NCBI GenBank assembly: GCA_017467815.1
Contig: JAFUKI010000123.1
Span: 7,990 to 71,989, forward strand
Reading direction: 5' to 3'
Length of the DNA: 64,000 nt
From: Clostridia bacterium
GTDB lineage: Bacteria; Bacillota; Clostridia; Oscillospirales; CAG-272
Part shown: positions 24,610 through 33,737 of the stretch, one piece after another
How positions within the stretch are numbered: the stretch's first letter is position 1
Layout of the letters: every line of letters starts with the position of its first letter
Translations under genes and position numbers: made by a program
The notes under the pieces: model-generated
Seen by the model: only the letters and a program-made list of their open reading frames with translations
Databases searched by the model: none
What the model was told of the DNA's origin: nothing

Positions 24610-24663
24610 TTTACAATAACAGAAAAATATCGAAAATGGTAAATAGAAAAACACGAGAAAAGG

Positions 24664-24927
24664 ATGAGTGATATGGATTATTTAGAAATTGACGGCGAAA
24701 TTATTCGCTATAACATCAATCCCGAATTGATGTGTTGCAAATATGATAAATATGGTGAGCTTGTCAAGGCACAAAGAATGATTTTGTTCTTTAATAGTTC
24801 TGGTGATGCGATTGGCTCCGGACCTTATTACGATGACATTGATAAAGTAACGTGTATAACGAAACGAATCGTAATAGAGGTTTATCATAAGTACGTTAAG
24901 AAAGAGGTGGCGGGTTCAAATGAATAA
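24664..24927 (+). CDS. Hypothetical small protein
   Basis: 87-aa ORF that overlaps the next gene start by 8 nt. No family recognised. Confidence 0.4.
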   Translation: MSDMDYLEIDGEIIRYNINPELMCCKYDKYGELVKAQRMILFFNSSGDAIGSGPYYDDIDKVTCITKRIVIEVYHKYVKKEVAGSNE

Positions 24928-26702
24928 CAATGTCCTTACAAAAACTATCTCGTTCATGTTGATGTGTGCCATGTTGTTTTGCTTATCCGCTTGCGGCGGG
25001 TCTGGGAACTTCGAAAAAGAACAAGAAGAAAAAGAGTTTGTAACGCTAACTTGGACAGAGAATCCATTTGCGGAAAAAGTTCCGACTCCAAAATCCACAT
25101 TAGGCTATATCAATAATAATAATCGTTCGATGTTTGAAGTATATCTTTCCGATTTTACTTTGGTCGATTTTAATGAATATGTGGATGCGTGTGTTGAAAT
25201 GGGTTATACCGTGGAACAAAACAGGCAAGACGCTTTCTTTTATGCTAAAAACCGAGGACTATTACGAAGTAAGAGTAGAGCATGAAGACGGTAATATCAT
25301 ACATATCGCAATATCCGAAGTTGAATATGATGTTGAAATCAAAGTAATTCGCGCCAACAATTCTTCCAAATGCGAGGTTGAAATTGACGGTTACTATGAA
25401 GAAGAAATAGAGTCAGGAGATATGGTCGCATCCTTCGATTCTTACCTAAATGTAGGAACCCACGAATTGAGGGTCATTAACACCGAGGATGATGATATTT
25501 ATGGAACCATATTCTTCGATGTAACATCAGATTCTTATTATGAATTTGAAATCAACTGTACTGATGTCGAGGTTGAAATTTCAGCAAGAGGTGAGGCAAA
25601 CGGTCAGCAAGGTGAAAAAGGGAATGAAGCAACTGCTGACAAGGATTTTCTTGCAGAAATTGAAGCGGCAGTATTAGAGAGAATGGACACCCCAACAAAT
25701 ACAAATCGTGAAAGAAGAATAGCGGTTGATGCAGAACTATATCAAATTACGCCGTTTGCCGAAAAAGAATTTCTTGATGCTCAATTAAAGCAACTTGCTA
25801 TTCAATACATTGATGGACTCAAACTACAAAAAGAAGCGAGCGAGACAGAGCATGATTACGAAGAGCCTATTACCTGGTACGAAGGGTTGGTAACTTGCTA
25901 TGAAGTTTTGAATGTCTTACATCAGAACTACGATTTCTTGACGGATAATTCTAAGTTCATTACCACCTATGTGTCACAACTTAACGAGAAGCAAGCATTG
26001 CTTGCAGCATATAAAGCCGTTGAGGAAGATTTATCAGAGCAATGTGCTGGCGAATTAGTGAACGATTACGATGGAACAAATATGTCGCTTACTTTTAGCA
26101 ACAACACCGAGTATGAGTACAGTACTATATGGAAAATTACATATTTTGATATCAATGGAACCGCAGTAGGAACTGAGTCAACAGAAGTAGAAAACATTTG
26201 CTCTGGGCAAAACTATACCGTATATTTCTATGTTCCACTTCCTGAGAAAACAGATAACTATGAGTTTACAGCATATTTTACAAATGTTATTTTGCCAGAT
26301 GAAGATGACGAAGAACTTTTTGTAGCAAAAGGCGAAACATCGCTAATGAACTTTTTAGATGCAGCCTCGCACAATGGATATGAAATTATTGATCCGCAGC
26401 GCGATGGAAGTTATGTAAATGCAAAAGCAAAGAAAGGTAGTGTTACATTCAGCATTCAATATATGGTGGAAAACCAAAAGGTATACATGGTAGAGGTCGT
26501 GTTAGATATTTTTGGTGAAATAGATTCTGAGTATACAGACTGCATTGCCGGATTAGCAAAGGCGTTAAATCCCAATATTGACTCGAATGTATTGAACCGA
26601 GCCATTGAAGAGGCTTTGACTACTCCTAATCAGAGAGTTATAAAAAGCGAAACACTATTCCTGTTTGACGATGATGAAGGAGTGTTTACTGTTACACACT
26701 AA
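24920..26702 (+). pseudogene. Lipoprotein gene interrupted by a +1 frameshift at an A5 run (25247-25251)
   Basis: The N-terminal ORF has a lipobox (LFCLSAC|GGSG). Frames 24920-25285 and 25134-26702 overlap. Removing one A restores ...DAFFYAKTEDYYEVRVEHEDGNIIHIAIS... within one domain. Confidence 0.6.
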
Positions 26703-26744
26703 TCAGCACCATCGGTGCGCAGCCAATTTCTCAAAAATTGTTAA

Positions 26745-26984
26745 AGGGCTTGGGATGTTTACCAACAAGTACGCACAAGTGGGTACCGCCGTGTCCTGCT
26801 TGCTACAGATGATTGCATCTTAGTAACCAAACTCACGCCATACGCCCTCAGAGAACTTGTAAAGGCGGTTTATGTGGAGACACCTGACAAGTCCAGCGGT
26901 AAGCGCAAGCAGAAGGTACATATCGAATATGACCTCGTTGGCTACATTCCCGTGGATGAACTGATAAAAGCGGAACAGGCATGA
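26745..26984 (+). pseudogene. C-terminal remnant of a large serine recombinase (DUF4368-type tail)
   Basis: The startless frame ends ...LTPYALRELVKAVYVETPDKSSGKRKQKVHIEYDLVGYIPVDELIKAEQA*. This matches the conserved tail of clostridial TnpX-like recombinases, but no catalytic domain is present. Confidence 0.6.
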
Positions 26985-27003
26985 CCGAAATCATGCCTGT
27001 TCC
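26972..27003. terminator. 13-bp hairpin GGAACAGGCATGA/TCATGCCTGTTCC, probable terminator downstream of MATE gene 1
   Basis: Stem read directly, with a T-rich tract on the minus strand. Confidence 0.5.
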
Positions 27004-27071
27004 AAGAAATTCAAATATTACTGTTTTACGACCACCGAGCATTACCCGAAAAGGTTTTGTCAGTCTTTTGG

Positions 27072-28460
27072 TTATACAGCTTTTTGAACGATTTCAGACT
27101 CGGCATCGCTGTAGTGCAGACGCAGCTTTTTATACCGGTGCAGATAAAATACAAAATTTGCAGATGCGGTGATGAACCAGGTTACCGGGTATGATGTATA
27201 CAGAAGTCCAAGGGAAGGTGCAGCGGCAAATACAGTCTGGATCCAGAGAATACGCAGACCGCAGGCACCGATCAGTGTAGTGACGGCGGGTGTTACGGAA
27301 GAACCCATACCGCGCTGACAGTTTGCAAAGATACCCATTAAACCGTTCAGGAAATAGGTTGTAACCACAACACGCATTCTTTCAATACCGAATCCGATTG
27401 CTGCGGGATTATCATCAATAAACAGGGACAACAGCGGTTCTGCAAAAATCATGGCAAGTGTTCCGCCAACCAATGCCAATGTCATGGAAAACAGGGAACA
27501 GTATAACGCTACTTTAGGTATTTTTTTAATTTTCCTTGCGCCTAAGTTTTGGCTTGTGAAAGTCAGTGAGGTACGACCAACATTGGTCAATGCAACATGA
27601 ACGAAGTTTTCGATCTGAGAAGCCGCAGCACTGCCTGCCATAAGGGCGGGGTTGTTGAAAGAGTTTACTGCGGTTTGAAGAAATACATTGGAGATGTTAA
27701 AGACGGAATTCTGGATACCGGAGGGAATGCCCACATGAAACATACGGAGGAGCTGATCCTTATATATTTTCAGCTTGTTCAGTTCCAGACGGCAAAAATC
27801 CTTCATGCGAACCATATAAACGAGAATCAGCACCATGGAAATGTACTGGGAAATAGTGGTTGCCAGCGCTACCCCGGCGACCCCCATGTGGAATACCGCA
27901 ACAAATACCAGATTCAGAATTATGTTGATAATTCCCGACACGGTCAGAAAGAACAGGGGACGTTTTGTGTTCCCGATACCGCGAAGAATAGCGGCACAGA
28001 AATTGTATATCATGGAAGCCGGTGCGCCGAGGAAATATATTTTCATATAAAGGGATGCCAGAGGGAGAACCTCGGCAGGTGTATCCATCAGAGACAGAAG
28101 GGGTGTTGCCAAAAAGAAACCGAGCAGCGCAAACAGAAGTCCGCCGATGATGCTGACCAATACGGAGGTGTGGATACTCTTGCGTACCCCTTCCTCATTC
28201 CGTGCGCCGTAATTTTGAGCAACGATTACGTTGGCTCCAATGGATATTCCGGTACAAAGATTCAATATCAGATTGATCAGGGAACTGGTGGAGCCTACGG
28301 CAGCCAGTGCTACGTGACCGTTGAAACGTCCTACGACAATATTGTCTGCAGTGGTGTACAGACGCTGCAGAATATTGGTGGCAATCAGCGGCAATGTGTA
28401 TCGTATGATATTCGACATCATCGGACCGTTTACGATATCCATTCTTTTTTCGGTACGCAT
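27072..28460 (-). CDS. MATE-family efflux transporter (paralogue 1)
   Basis: 12-TM pattern. N-terminus DIVNGPMMSNIIRYTLPLIATNILQRLYTTADNIVVGRF is typical of MATE/NorM. Confidence 0.9.
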   Translation of the reverse strand: MRTEKRMDIVNGPMMSNIIRYTLPLIATNILQRLYTTADNIVVGRFNGHVALAAVGSTSSLINLILNLCTGISIGANVIVAQNYGARNEEGVRKSIHTSVLVSIIGGLLFALLGFFLATPLLSLMDTPAEVLPLASLYMKIYFLGAPASMIYNFCAAILRGIGNTKRPLFFLTVSGIINIILNLVFVAVFHMGVAGVALATTISQYISMVLILVYMVRMKDFCRLELNKLKIYKDQLLRMFHVGIPSGIQNSVFNISNVFLQTAVNSFNNPALMAGSAAASQIENFVHVALTNVGRTSLTFTSQNLGARKIKKIPKVALYCSLFSMTLALVGGTLAMIFAEPLLSLFIDDNPAAIGFGIERMRVVVTTYFLNGLMGIFANCQRGMGSSVTPAVTTLIGACGLRILWIQTVFAAAPSLGLLYTSYPVTWFITASANFVFYLHRYKKLRLHYSDAESEIVQKAV

Positions 28461-28499
28461 AAAACTTCTCCTTTCAGATGCGTGAACAGAGGAAAATAC

Positions 28500-29882
28500 T
28501 CAATTTTCTGTATCCGTTGCAATGGATTTTTCATAGAGCCGGCAGGTTTTTCTGTAGCGGAGTGTGTAGAAGAAAAGATGTGTCATGGAAGTGATGAACC
28601 AGCTTACCGGGTAGGACATATACAGTGAAGTCAGGGAGGGGGAGGCGGTAAAGATGGTCAGGATCCAGAGAATACGCAGTCCGCAGGCACCGAGCATGGA
28701 TACGACCATGGGTGTCAAGGAAGCACCCATCCCGCGCTGACAGCCCACCAGCACTTCCATCAGACCACACAGGAAATAGGTTACGGCAACCACTTTCATG
28801 CGCTCAAAACCGTAGGCGAGTGCGGCAGGTTCGTCCTTGATATAAATACTCAGCAGAGGGTCTGCGAAAAGGATGGTGGTAAAGCCGACCACGATCCCGA
28901 TCACTGTAACGATGGCGGCACAGGATATCAGAACTCTGTTCACTTTGCGGATCTTACCGGCACCCACATTCTGTCCGGTAAAGGTCAGTGCAGCGTGGTA
29001 AACGCTGTTCATGGCGATATAGATAAAGTTTTCGATCTGAGAAGCCGCAGTACTGCCTGCCATAACGATGGCATCGTCAAAGGAGTTTACAGCGGACTGG
29101 ATAACCACATTGGAAAGAGAGAATACCGTACCCTGAATTCCGGCAGGCAGACCCACACGGACGATACGGAACAGCTTATCTTTGTAGATCTTCAGTTTCT
29201 GTACTTCCAGACGGCAGCAATCCTGCAGGCGAACCAAGTATACAACGATCATAACCATGGAAACATACTGAGAAATAATGGTTGCCAGCGCTACCCCGGC
29301 TACACTCATGTGGAATACAAGAACAAAGATGAGGTTCAGCACCACATTGATGATACCGGAAACGGTCAGGTAGATCATGGGCCGCTTGGTTTCACCGACA
29401 GCGCGGAGAATGGATGCGCAGAAGTTGTAGATCATGGAAGCGGGTGAACCAAGAAAATAGATTCTCAGATACAGGGTGGCGAGAGGCAGAACATCTGCCG
29501 GGGTGCCCATCCAGATCAGAAACTGGCGGGAGAAGAAAAAGCCGACTATGCCAACGATGAATCCGCCGATGATGCTGATCAGAACGGAAGTATGTATGAC
29601 TCTGTGAACACCTTTGGTATCTTTGGCGCCGTAATCCTGGGAAACCGCAACACTGGCGCCCACCGAAAGTCCCAGGCAGATATTCAGGATCAGATTGATC
29701 AGGGCACCGGTGGAACCAACAGCCGCCAGCGCTACCGGACCGTCAAACCGCCCCACTACCACATTGTCAGCGGCATTATATAGAAGCTGAAGGAAACCGG
29801 AAGCGATCAGGGGGATGATATACCGGATAATATTGGGGATCATAGGCCCGTTTACAATGTCCATTCTTTTTTCGTTTCGCAT
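28500..29882 (-). CDS. MATE-family efflux transporter (paralogue 2)
   Basis: Collinear with paralogue 1 (MRNEKRMDIVNGPMIPNIIRY...). Confidence 0.9.
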   Translation of the reverse strand: MRNEKRMDIVNGPMIPNIIRYIIPLIASGFLQLLYNAADNVVVGRFDGPVALAAVGSTGALINLILNICLGLSVGASVAVSQDYGAKDTKGVHRVIHTSVLISIIGGFIVGIVGFFFSRQFLIWMGTPADVLPLATLYLRIYFLGSPASMIYNFCASILRAVGETKRPMIYLTVSGIINVVLNLIFVLVFHMSVAGVALATIISQYVSMVMIVVYLVRLQDCCRLEVQKLKIYKDKLFRIVRVGLPAGIQGTVFSLSNVVIQSAVNSFDDAIVMAGSTAASQIENFIYIAMNSVYHAALTFTGQNVGAGKIRKVNRVLISCAAIVTVIGIVVGFTTILFADPLLSIYIKDEPAALAYGFERMKVVAVTYFLCGLMEVLVGCQRGMGASLTPMVVSMLGACGLRILWILTIFTASPSLTSLYMSYPVSWFITSMTHLFFYTLRYRKTCRLYEKSIATDTEN

Positions 29883-30110
29883 CAGAATCCTCCGTAATAA
29901 CAGTACAAATCAAATATAACAATACAGATAATATCAGCTGTTCCGCAGTCCGTCCACAACCGACAGAGCGGGTTTCTGACGTTCAATGCCATAAACAACG
30001 ACCGATGGCTCGCCTTTGATGCAGATGCCGAATACAGCAGCTGCAAAATTCCGGAAACGATCAGCGGAAGGCAGAATTATATATGAACAGCGAATATTCC
30101 AATTTTTGCA

Positions 30111-30139
30111 CACTCTTATAATTATAACACCCCCGGGGA
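30111..30139 (-). promoter_or_regulatory. Sigma-A promoter TTGTAA-17-TGtTATAAT for MATE paralogue 2
   Basis: Read on the minus strand. It leaves a leader of about 220 nt. Confidence 0.5.
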
Positions 30140-30228
30140 AAATTTACAATATCACTGTTACATGAAAACCGGAATATACTTATGTGTGAAAATTAGATAA
30201 AATTTTTCGGAATATAGCAAAATGGGAA

Positions 30229-30268
30229 CAAAAAACCGCATACGTTGTAAAAAACGAAATGCGGTTTT
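30229..30268 (-). terminator. Rho-independent terminator of MATE paralogue 3
   Basis: Stem AAAACCGCA/TGCGGTTTT with a T-run on the minus strand. Confidence 0.75.
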
Positions 30269-30286
30269 GGTATGTAATATAAGGAT

Positions 30287-31669
30287 TTACTGGGTGACGG
30301 CTGCTTGGGTGGATTCAGAAAAACGACGTACGAACTGTTTGTGGGTACGGATATAGAAGACAAACTGTGCAGCTCCGGTGATGAGCCAACTGACCGGATA
30401 GGCCAGATACAGGGAGATCACGGAGGGGACAGCGTAGAATACTGCATAAACCCAGAAGAAACGCACACCGCATCCGCCGATCAGGGATACCACGGAGGGA
30501 ATAAAGGAAGAACCCATACCCTGCTGACAACCCACCAGCACTTCCATGGTGCCGTAGATGAAATAGGAGGTGGCAACAATGCTCATACAGTCGATGGCAT
30601 AACGGACGGTTTCCGGGGAATCCTTAACATAAATACTGAGCAGCGGTTCGGCGAAGACCATGGCGATCGTGCCGGTGATCAGACCGATGATCATAACGGT
30701 AGCGGAACAGGTCAGCATAACCTTGTGCAGGCGCTGTACTTTTTTGGCACCGACCATTTGTCCGGTGAAGGTCATGGCGGCCTGGCTGAGACTGATCATG
30801 GCTGTGTAGATATAATTGTCGATTTCGCGTGCTGCGGCGGAACCGGCGATTACATAGGCATTGTCAAAGGAGTTGAGGGCGGACTGGATGACCACCTTGG
30901 TCATGGAATAAATGATAGCGGAAATTGTGGGTGGAATACTGATGCGGATGATACGGATGAACTCGTCTTTATATACCTTCAACTTACGGAAATCCAGATG
31001 ACAGCAGTCTTTCAGACGTACCAGGTAGATAAGGATCATTCCCATGGAAACATACTGGGAAATGACCGTAGCCCATGCCACACCTGCAATACCCAGATGG
31101 AACAGGCAGACAAAGACCAGGTTCAGAATCACGTTGAGCAGTCCGGAGACAGAGCCGAAAAGAAGGGGTGTACGGGTGTTTCCTATGGCACGGAGCAGAG
31201 CGGCTGTAAATCCGTAGATCATGGAAGCGGGAACGCCGAGAAAGCAGATGCGCAGATAAGTCACGGCATAGGGAAATACATCAGCAGGTGTATCCAGCAG
31301 GGTCAGAAACAGCGGCGTGAGACTGAAACCGAAGACGGCTACAAACAGTCCGCCGAAGAAGCTGATCAAAACAGAAGTATGGAGAAGCTTGTGAATACCG
31401 TCCGTATCTTTGGCACCGTAATTCTGCGCGGCGGCTACATTGACACCAGTGGCGAAACCGGAACACATGGTAACGATCAGCGCATACAGACTGCTGGTAG
31501 CACCCATGGCAGCCAAAGCAATGGGTCCTTCAAACTGTCCGATTACGGCGGTGTCGGCAGTATGGTACAAATGTCCCAGATACCCGGAGGCAATCAGCGG
31601 CAGAATATAGCGGATGACATTGGAAAACATCGGTCCGTTAACGATATCCAGTTTTTTCTTAGTATGCAT
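30287..31669 (-). CDS. MATE-family efflux transporter (paralogue 3)
   Basis: MHTKKKLDIVNGPMFSNVIRYILPLIASGYL.... Collinear with the other two. Confidence 0.9.
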   Translation of the reverse strand: MHTKKKLDIVNGPMFSNVIRYILPLIASGYLGHLYHTADTAVIGQFEGPIALAAMGATSSLYALIVTMCSGFATGVNVAAAQNYGAKDTDGIHKLLHTSVLISFFGGLFVAVFGFSLTPLFLTLLDTPADVFPYAVTYLRICFLGVPASMIYGFTAALLRAIGNTRTPLLFGSVSGLLNVILNLVFVCLFHLGIAGVAWATVISQYVSMGMILIYLVRLKDCCHLDFRKLKVYKDEFIRIIRISIPPTISAIIYSMTKVVIQSALNSFDNAYVIAGSAAAREIDNYIYTAMISLSQAAMTFTGQMVGAKKVQRLHKVMLTCSATVMIIGLITGTIAMVFAEPLLSIYVKDSPETVRYAIDCMSIVATSYFIYGTMEVLVGCQQGMGSSFIPSVVSLIGGCGVRFFWVYAVFYAVPSVISLYLAYPVSWLITGAAQFVFYIRTHKQFVRRFSESTQAAVTQ

Positions 31670-31925
31670 TTATTCTTCCTCACAATACTCTGGATGATTT
31701 TGTATATCTGTGGGTAAGTATAGCACAATTGCCTGCAGAAAGCAATGTGGCGGATGAACAAAAAACAGAAAACAGAATCATTATTTTTGGAGACAATTCG
31801 GCAAATAGTGCATAATGCATACTTTCTTATCATAGTCGTATCCGGGAAGCAGCCGGCAATCCTTCGGAAAGAAAAACCGTATCCGGTCCGAAGACAGAAT
31901 ACGGTTTATGATTTACAGAATAAAC

Positions 31926-32714
31926 TTATGCAAGCCAGCCCATATCCATGAGCCAGTTCTTCATCAGATCAACCCACTGTGCGGTGTGGGGAATATGGGA
32001 AGCCAGACCGATACCGTGGTCGCCGTAGGGGAAAATGTGCATTTCGCAGGGGACATTGTGCCTGCGGAGTGCTGCAGCATACATATAGCTGTTGATAACA
32101 TCCACACAGGTATCGTCAGCGGCGTGCCAGATATAGGTGGGCGGAGTGGAGTCCTTGACCAGCAGATCGGGGCTGAGAGAGGGAGCGAGATCCGGCATCG
32201 TTTCACCCAGCAGATTCTTGTAACTGCCTTCATGGGGAATCTTCGTGCCGTCCGGGTGATGGATCACGGGGTAACACAGAATGGTCGCATTGGGCATGTA
32301 ATCCGCAGTGTCGATTTCGTCCAGGTTTTCAAAGGCAATGGGCGCTGTGTAGGTGGAAACAAGGGCAGCCAGATGACCGCCGGCGGAAGAACCCATCACA
32401 GCAATCCTGTCCGGGTTGATGCCGAATTTTTCTGCATTGGCTCTAACATAGCGGACAGCACGGCGTGCATCCAGTAAGGGCAGGGGGAAATGATGGGGGA
32501 ATACACGGTACGGGCAGACAAAGGCATCCATACCGATGGAGTTGAAGTATTCTGCATACCCCTTTCCTTCGTGTTCGGCGTGGAATTCATATGCACCGCC
32601 GGGGAAAATGACGACGGCTGCATCGGTTTTCTTGTTTTCGGCAGGGTAATAGTCAAGAATGGGTTTGTACGTAAATGTACCGGGAGCTTCCTCCCAAAGA
32701 TTCAATTTTTCCAT
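31926..32714 (-). CDS. Alpha/beta hydrolase (esterase/lipase-type), paralogue 1
   Basis: IFPGGAY...H, and the nucleophile elbow MGSSAGGHLAA (GxSxG). Confidence 0.8.
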   Translation of the reverse strand: MEKLNLWEEAPGTFTYKPILDYYPAENKKTDAAVVIFPGGAYEFHAEHEGKGYAEYFNSIGMDAFVCPYRVFPHHFPLPLLDARRAVRYVRANAEKFGINPDRIAVMGSSAGGHLAALVSTYTAPIAFENLDEIDTADYMPNATILCYPVIHHPDGTKIPHEGSYKNLLGETMPDLAPSLSPDLLVKDSTPPTYIWHAADDTCVDVINSYMYAAALRRHNVPCEMHIFPYGDHGIGLASHIPHTAQWVDLMKNWLMDMGWLA

Positions 32715-32769
32715 AATGGATCCTCCGATTGGTATATTTTTTATTGTAATCAGACTGACGGATAATCGG

Positions 32770-33558
32770 TTATTTCAGCCAATCTATATCTGTGAGCCAG
32801 TTTTTCAACAGTCCAGCCCACTGCGCCACATGAGGTTCAGAAGGGGCAAGTCCAAGACCGTGTCTTCCGTGGGGGAAAATATGCATTTCGCAGGGAATAT
32901 TGTGCTTGCGGAGTGCTGCGGCGTAGAGATAGCTGTTGATAACATTCACACCGCCGTCATCTGCCGTATGCCAGATAAATGCAGGAGGTGTGGTGGCTTT
33001 CACCAGCAGATCGGGACTGAGCGCGGGGGCAAGATCCTGTTTTTCTTCTCCCAGCAGATTCCGATAACTGCCCACATGAGGAATATCCGTGTCGTCCGGA
33101 TAATGGATCACGGGGTAACACAGAATGGTGGCGTTGGGCAGATAATCCGCAGTGTCGGTTTCGTCCAGATTTTCAAAATCAATGGGGGCAGTGTAGTTGG
33201 AAACAAGGGCAGCCAGATGACCGCCGGCAGAAGAACCCATGACAGCGATCTTGTCCGGGTTGATGCCGAATTTTTCCGCATTGGTCCTGACAAAGCGGAC
33301 AGCACGGCGCGCATCCAATAGGGGCAGGGGGAAAAGATGGGGATGTACACGATACGGGCAGACAAAGGCGTCCGTGCCGATGGAGTTGAGGTATTCCGCA
33401 TATCCCTGTCCTTCATGCTTGGCGTGATGGGAATAGCCGCCGCCGGGAAAAATGACGATGGCTGCATCGGTTTTTCTGTTTTCGGCAGGGTAATAGTGAA
33501 GTACCGGCAGTTCCGTATAGTCACCGGGGACGTTGTCCCACAATGTAAATGTTTCCAT
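32770..33558 (-). CDS. Alpha/beta hydrolase (esterase/lipase-type), paralogue 2 (tandem duplicate)
   Basis: Same length (262 aa), MGSSAGGHLAA, and collinear with paralogue 1. Confidence 0.8.
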   Translation of the reverse strand: METFTLWDNVPGDYTELPVLHYYPAENRKTDAAIVIFPGGGYSHHAKHEGQGYAEYLNSIGTDAFVCPYRVHPHLFPLPLLDARRAVRFVRTNAEKFGINPDKIAVMGSSAGGHLAALVSNYTAPIDFENLDETDTADYLPNATILCYPVIHYPDDTDIPHVGSYRNLLGEEKQDLAPALSPDLLVKATTPPAFIWHTADDGGVNVINSYLYAAALRKHNIPCEMHIFPHGRHGLGLAPSEPHVAQWAGLLKNWLTDIDWLK

Positions 33559-33737
33559 AAGACCTCCTTATGTGTCATTATTACATCCGATTTTATTATA
33601 CAAACATTCGGAATGAAAGTCAAGGGAAATCCACATTTTTATGTTTGTAGAAAAAAGTGTAAATTTTACACCGATCTCCTTTACTTTGGTGTCGATATAT
33701 GTTATAATAAATCGATTATATGGAAAGGTACTGGGAC

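Noticed and set aside
29883-30110. Startless 41-codon frame (…SFRNFAAAVFGICIKGEPSVVVYGIERQKPALSVVDGLRNS*) on the minus strand inside the long leader of MATE paralogue 2.
   Set aside because: It has no start codon, RBS or recognisable family. It could be a gene remnant or chance, and there is not enough evidence to call a feature.
27597-31717. Plus-strand ORFs 27597-28628 (343 aa), 28995-29447 and 30305-31717 (470 aa).
   Set aside because: They are antisense to the three MATE transporter genes, and their translations are Gly/His/Asp-rich without any recognisable domain.
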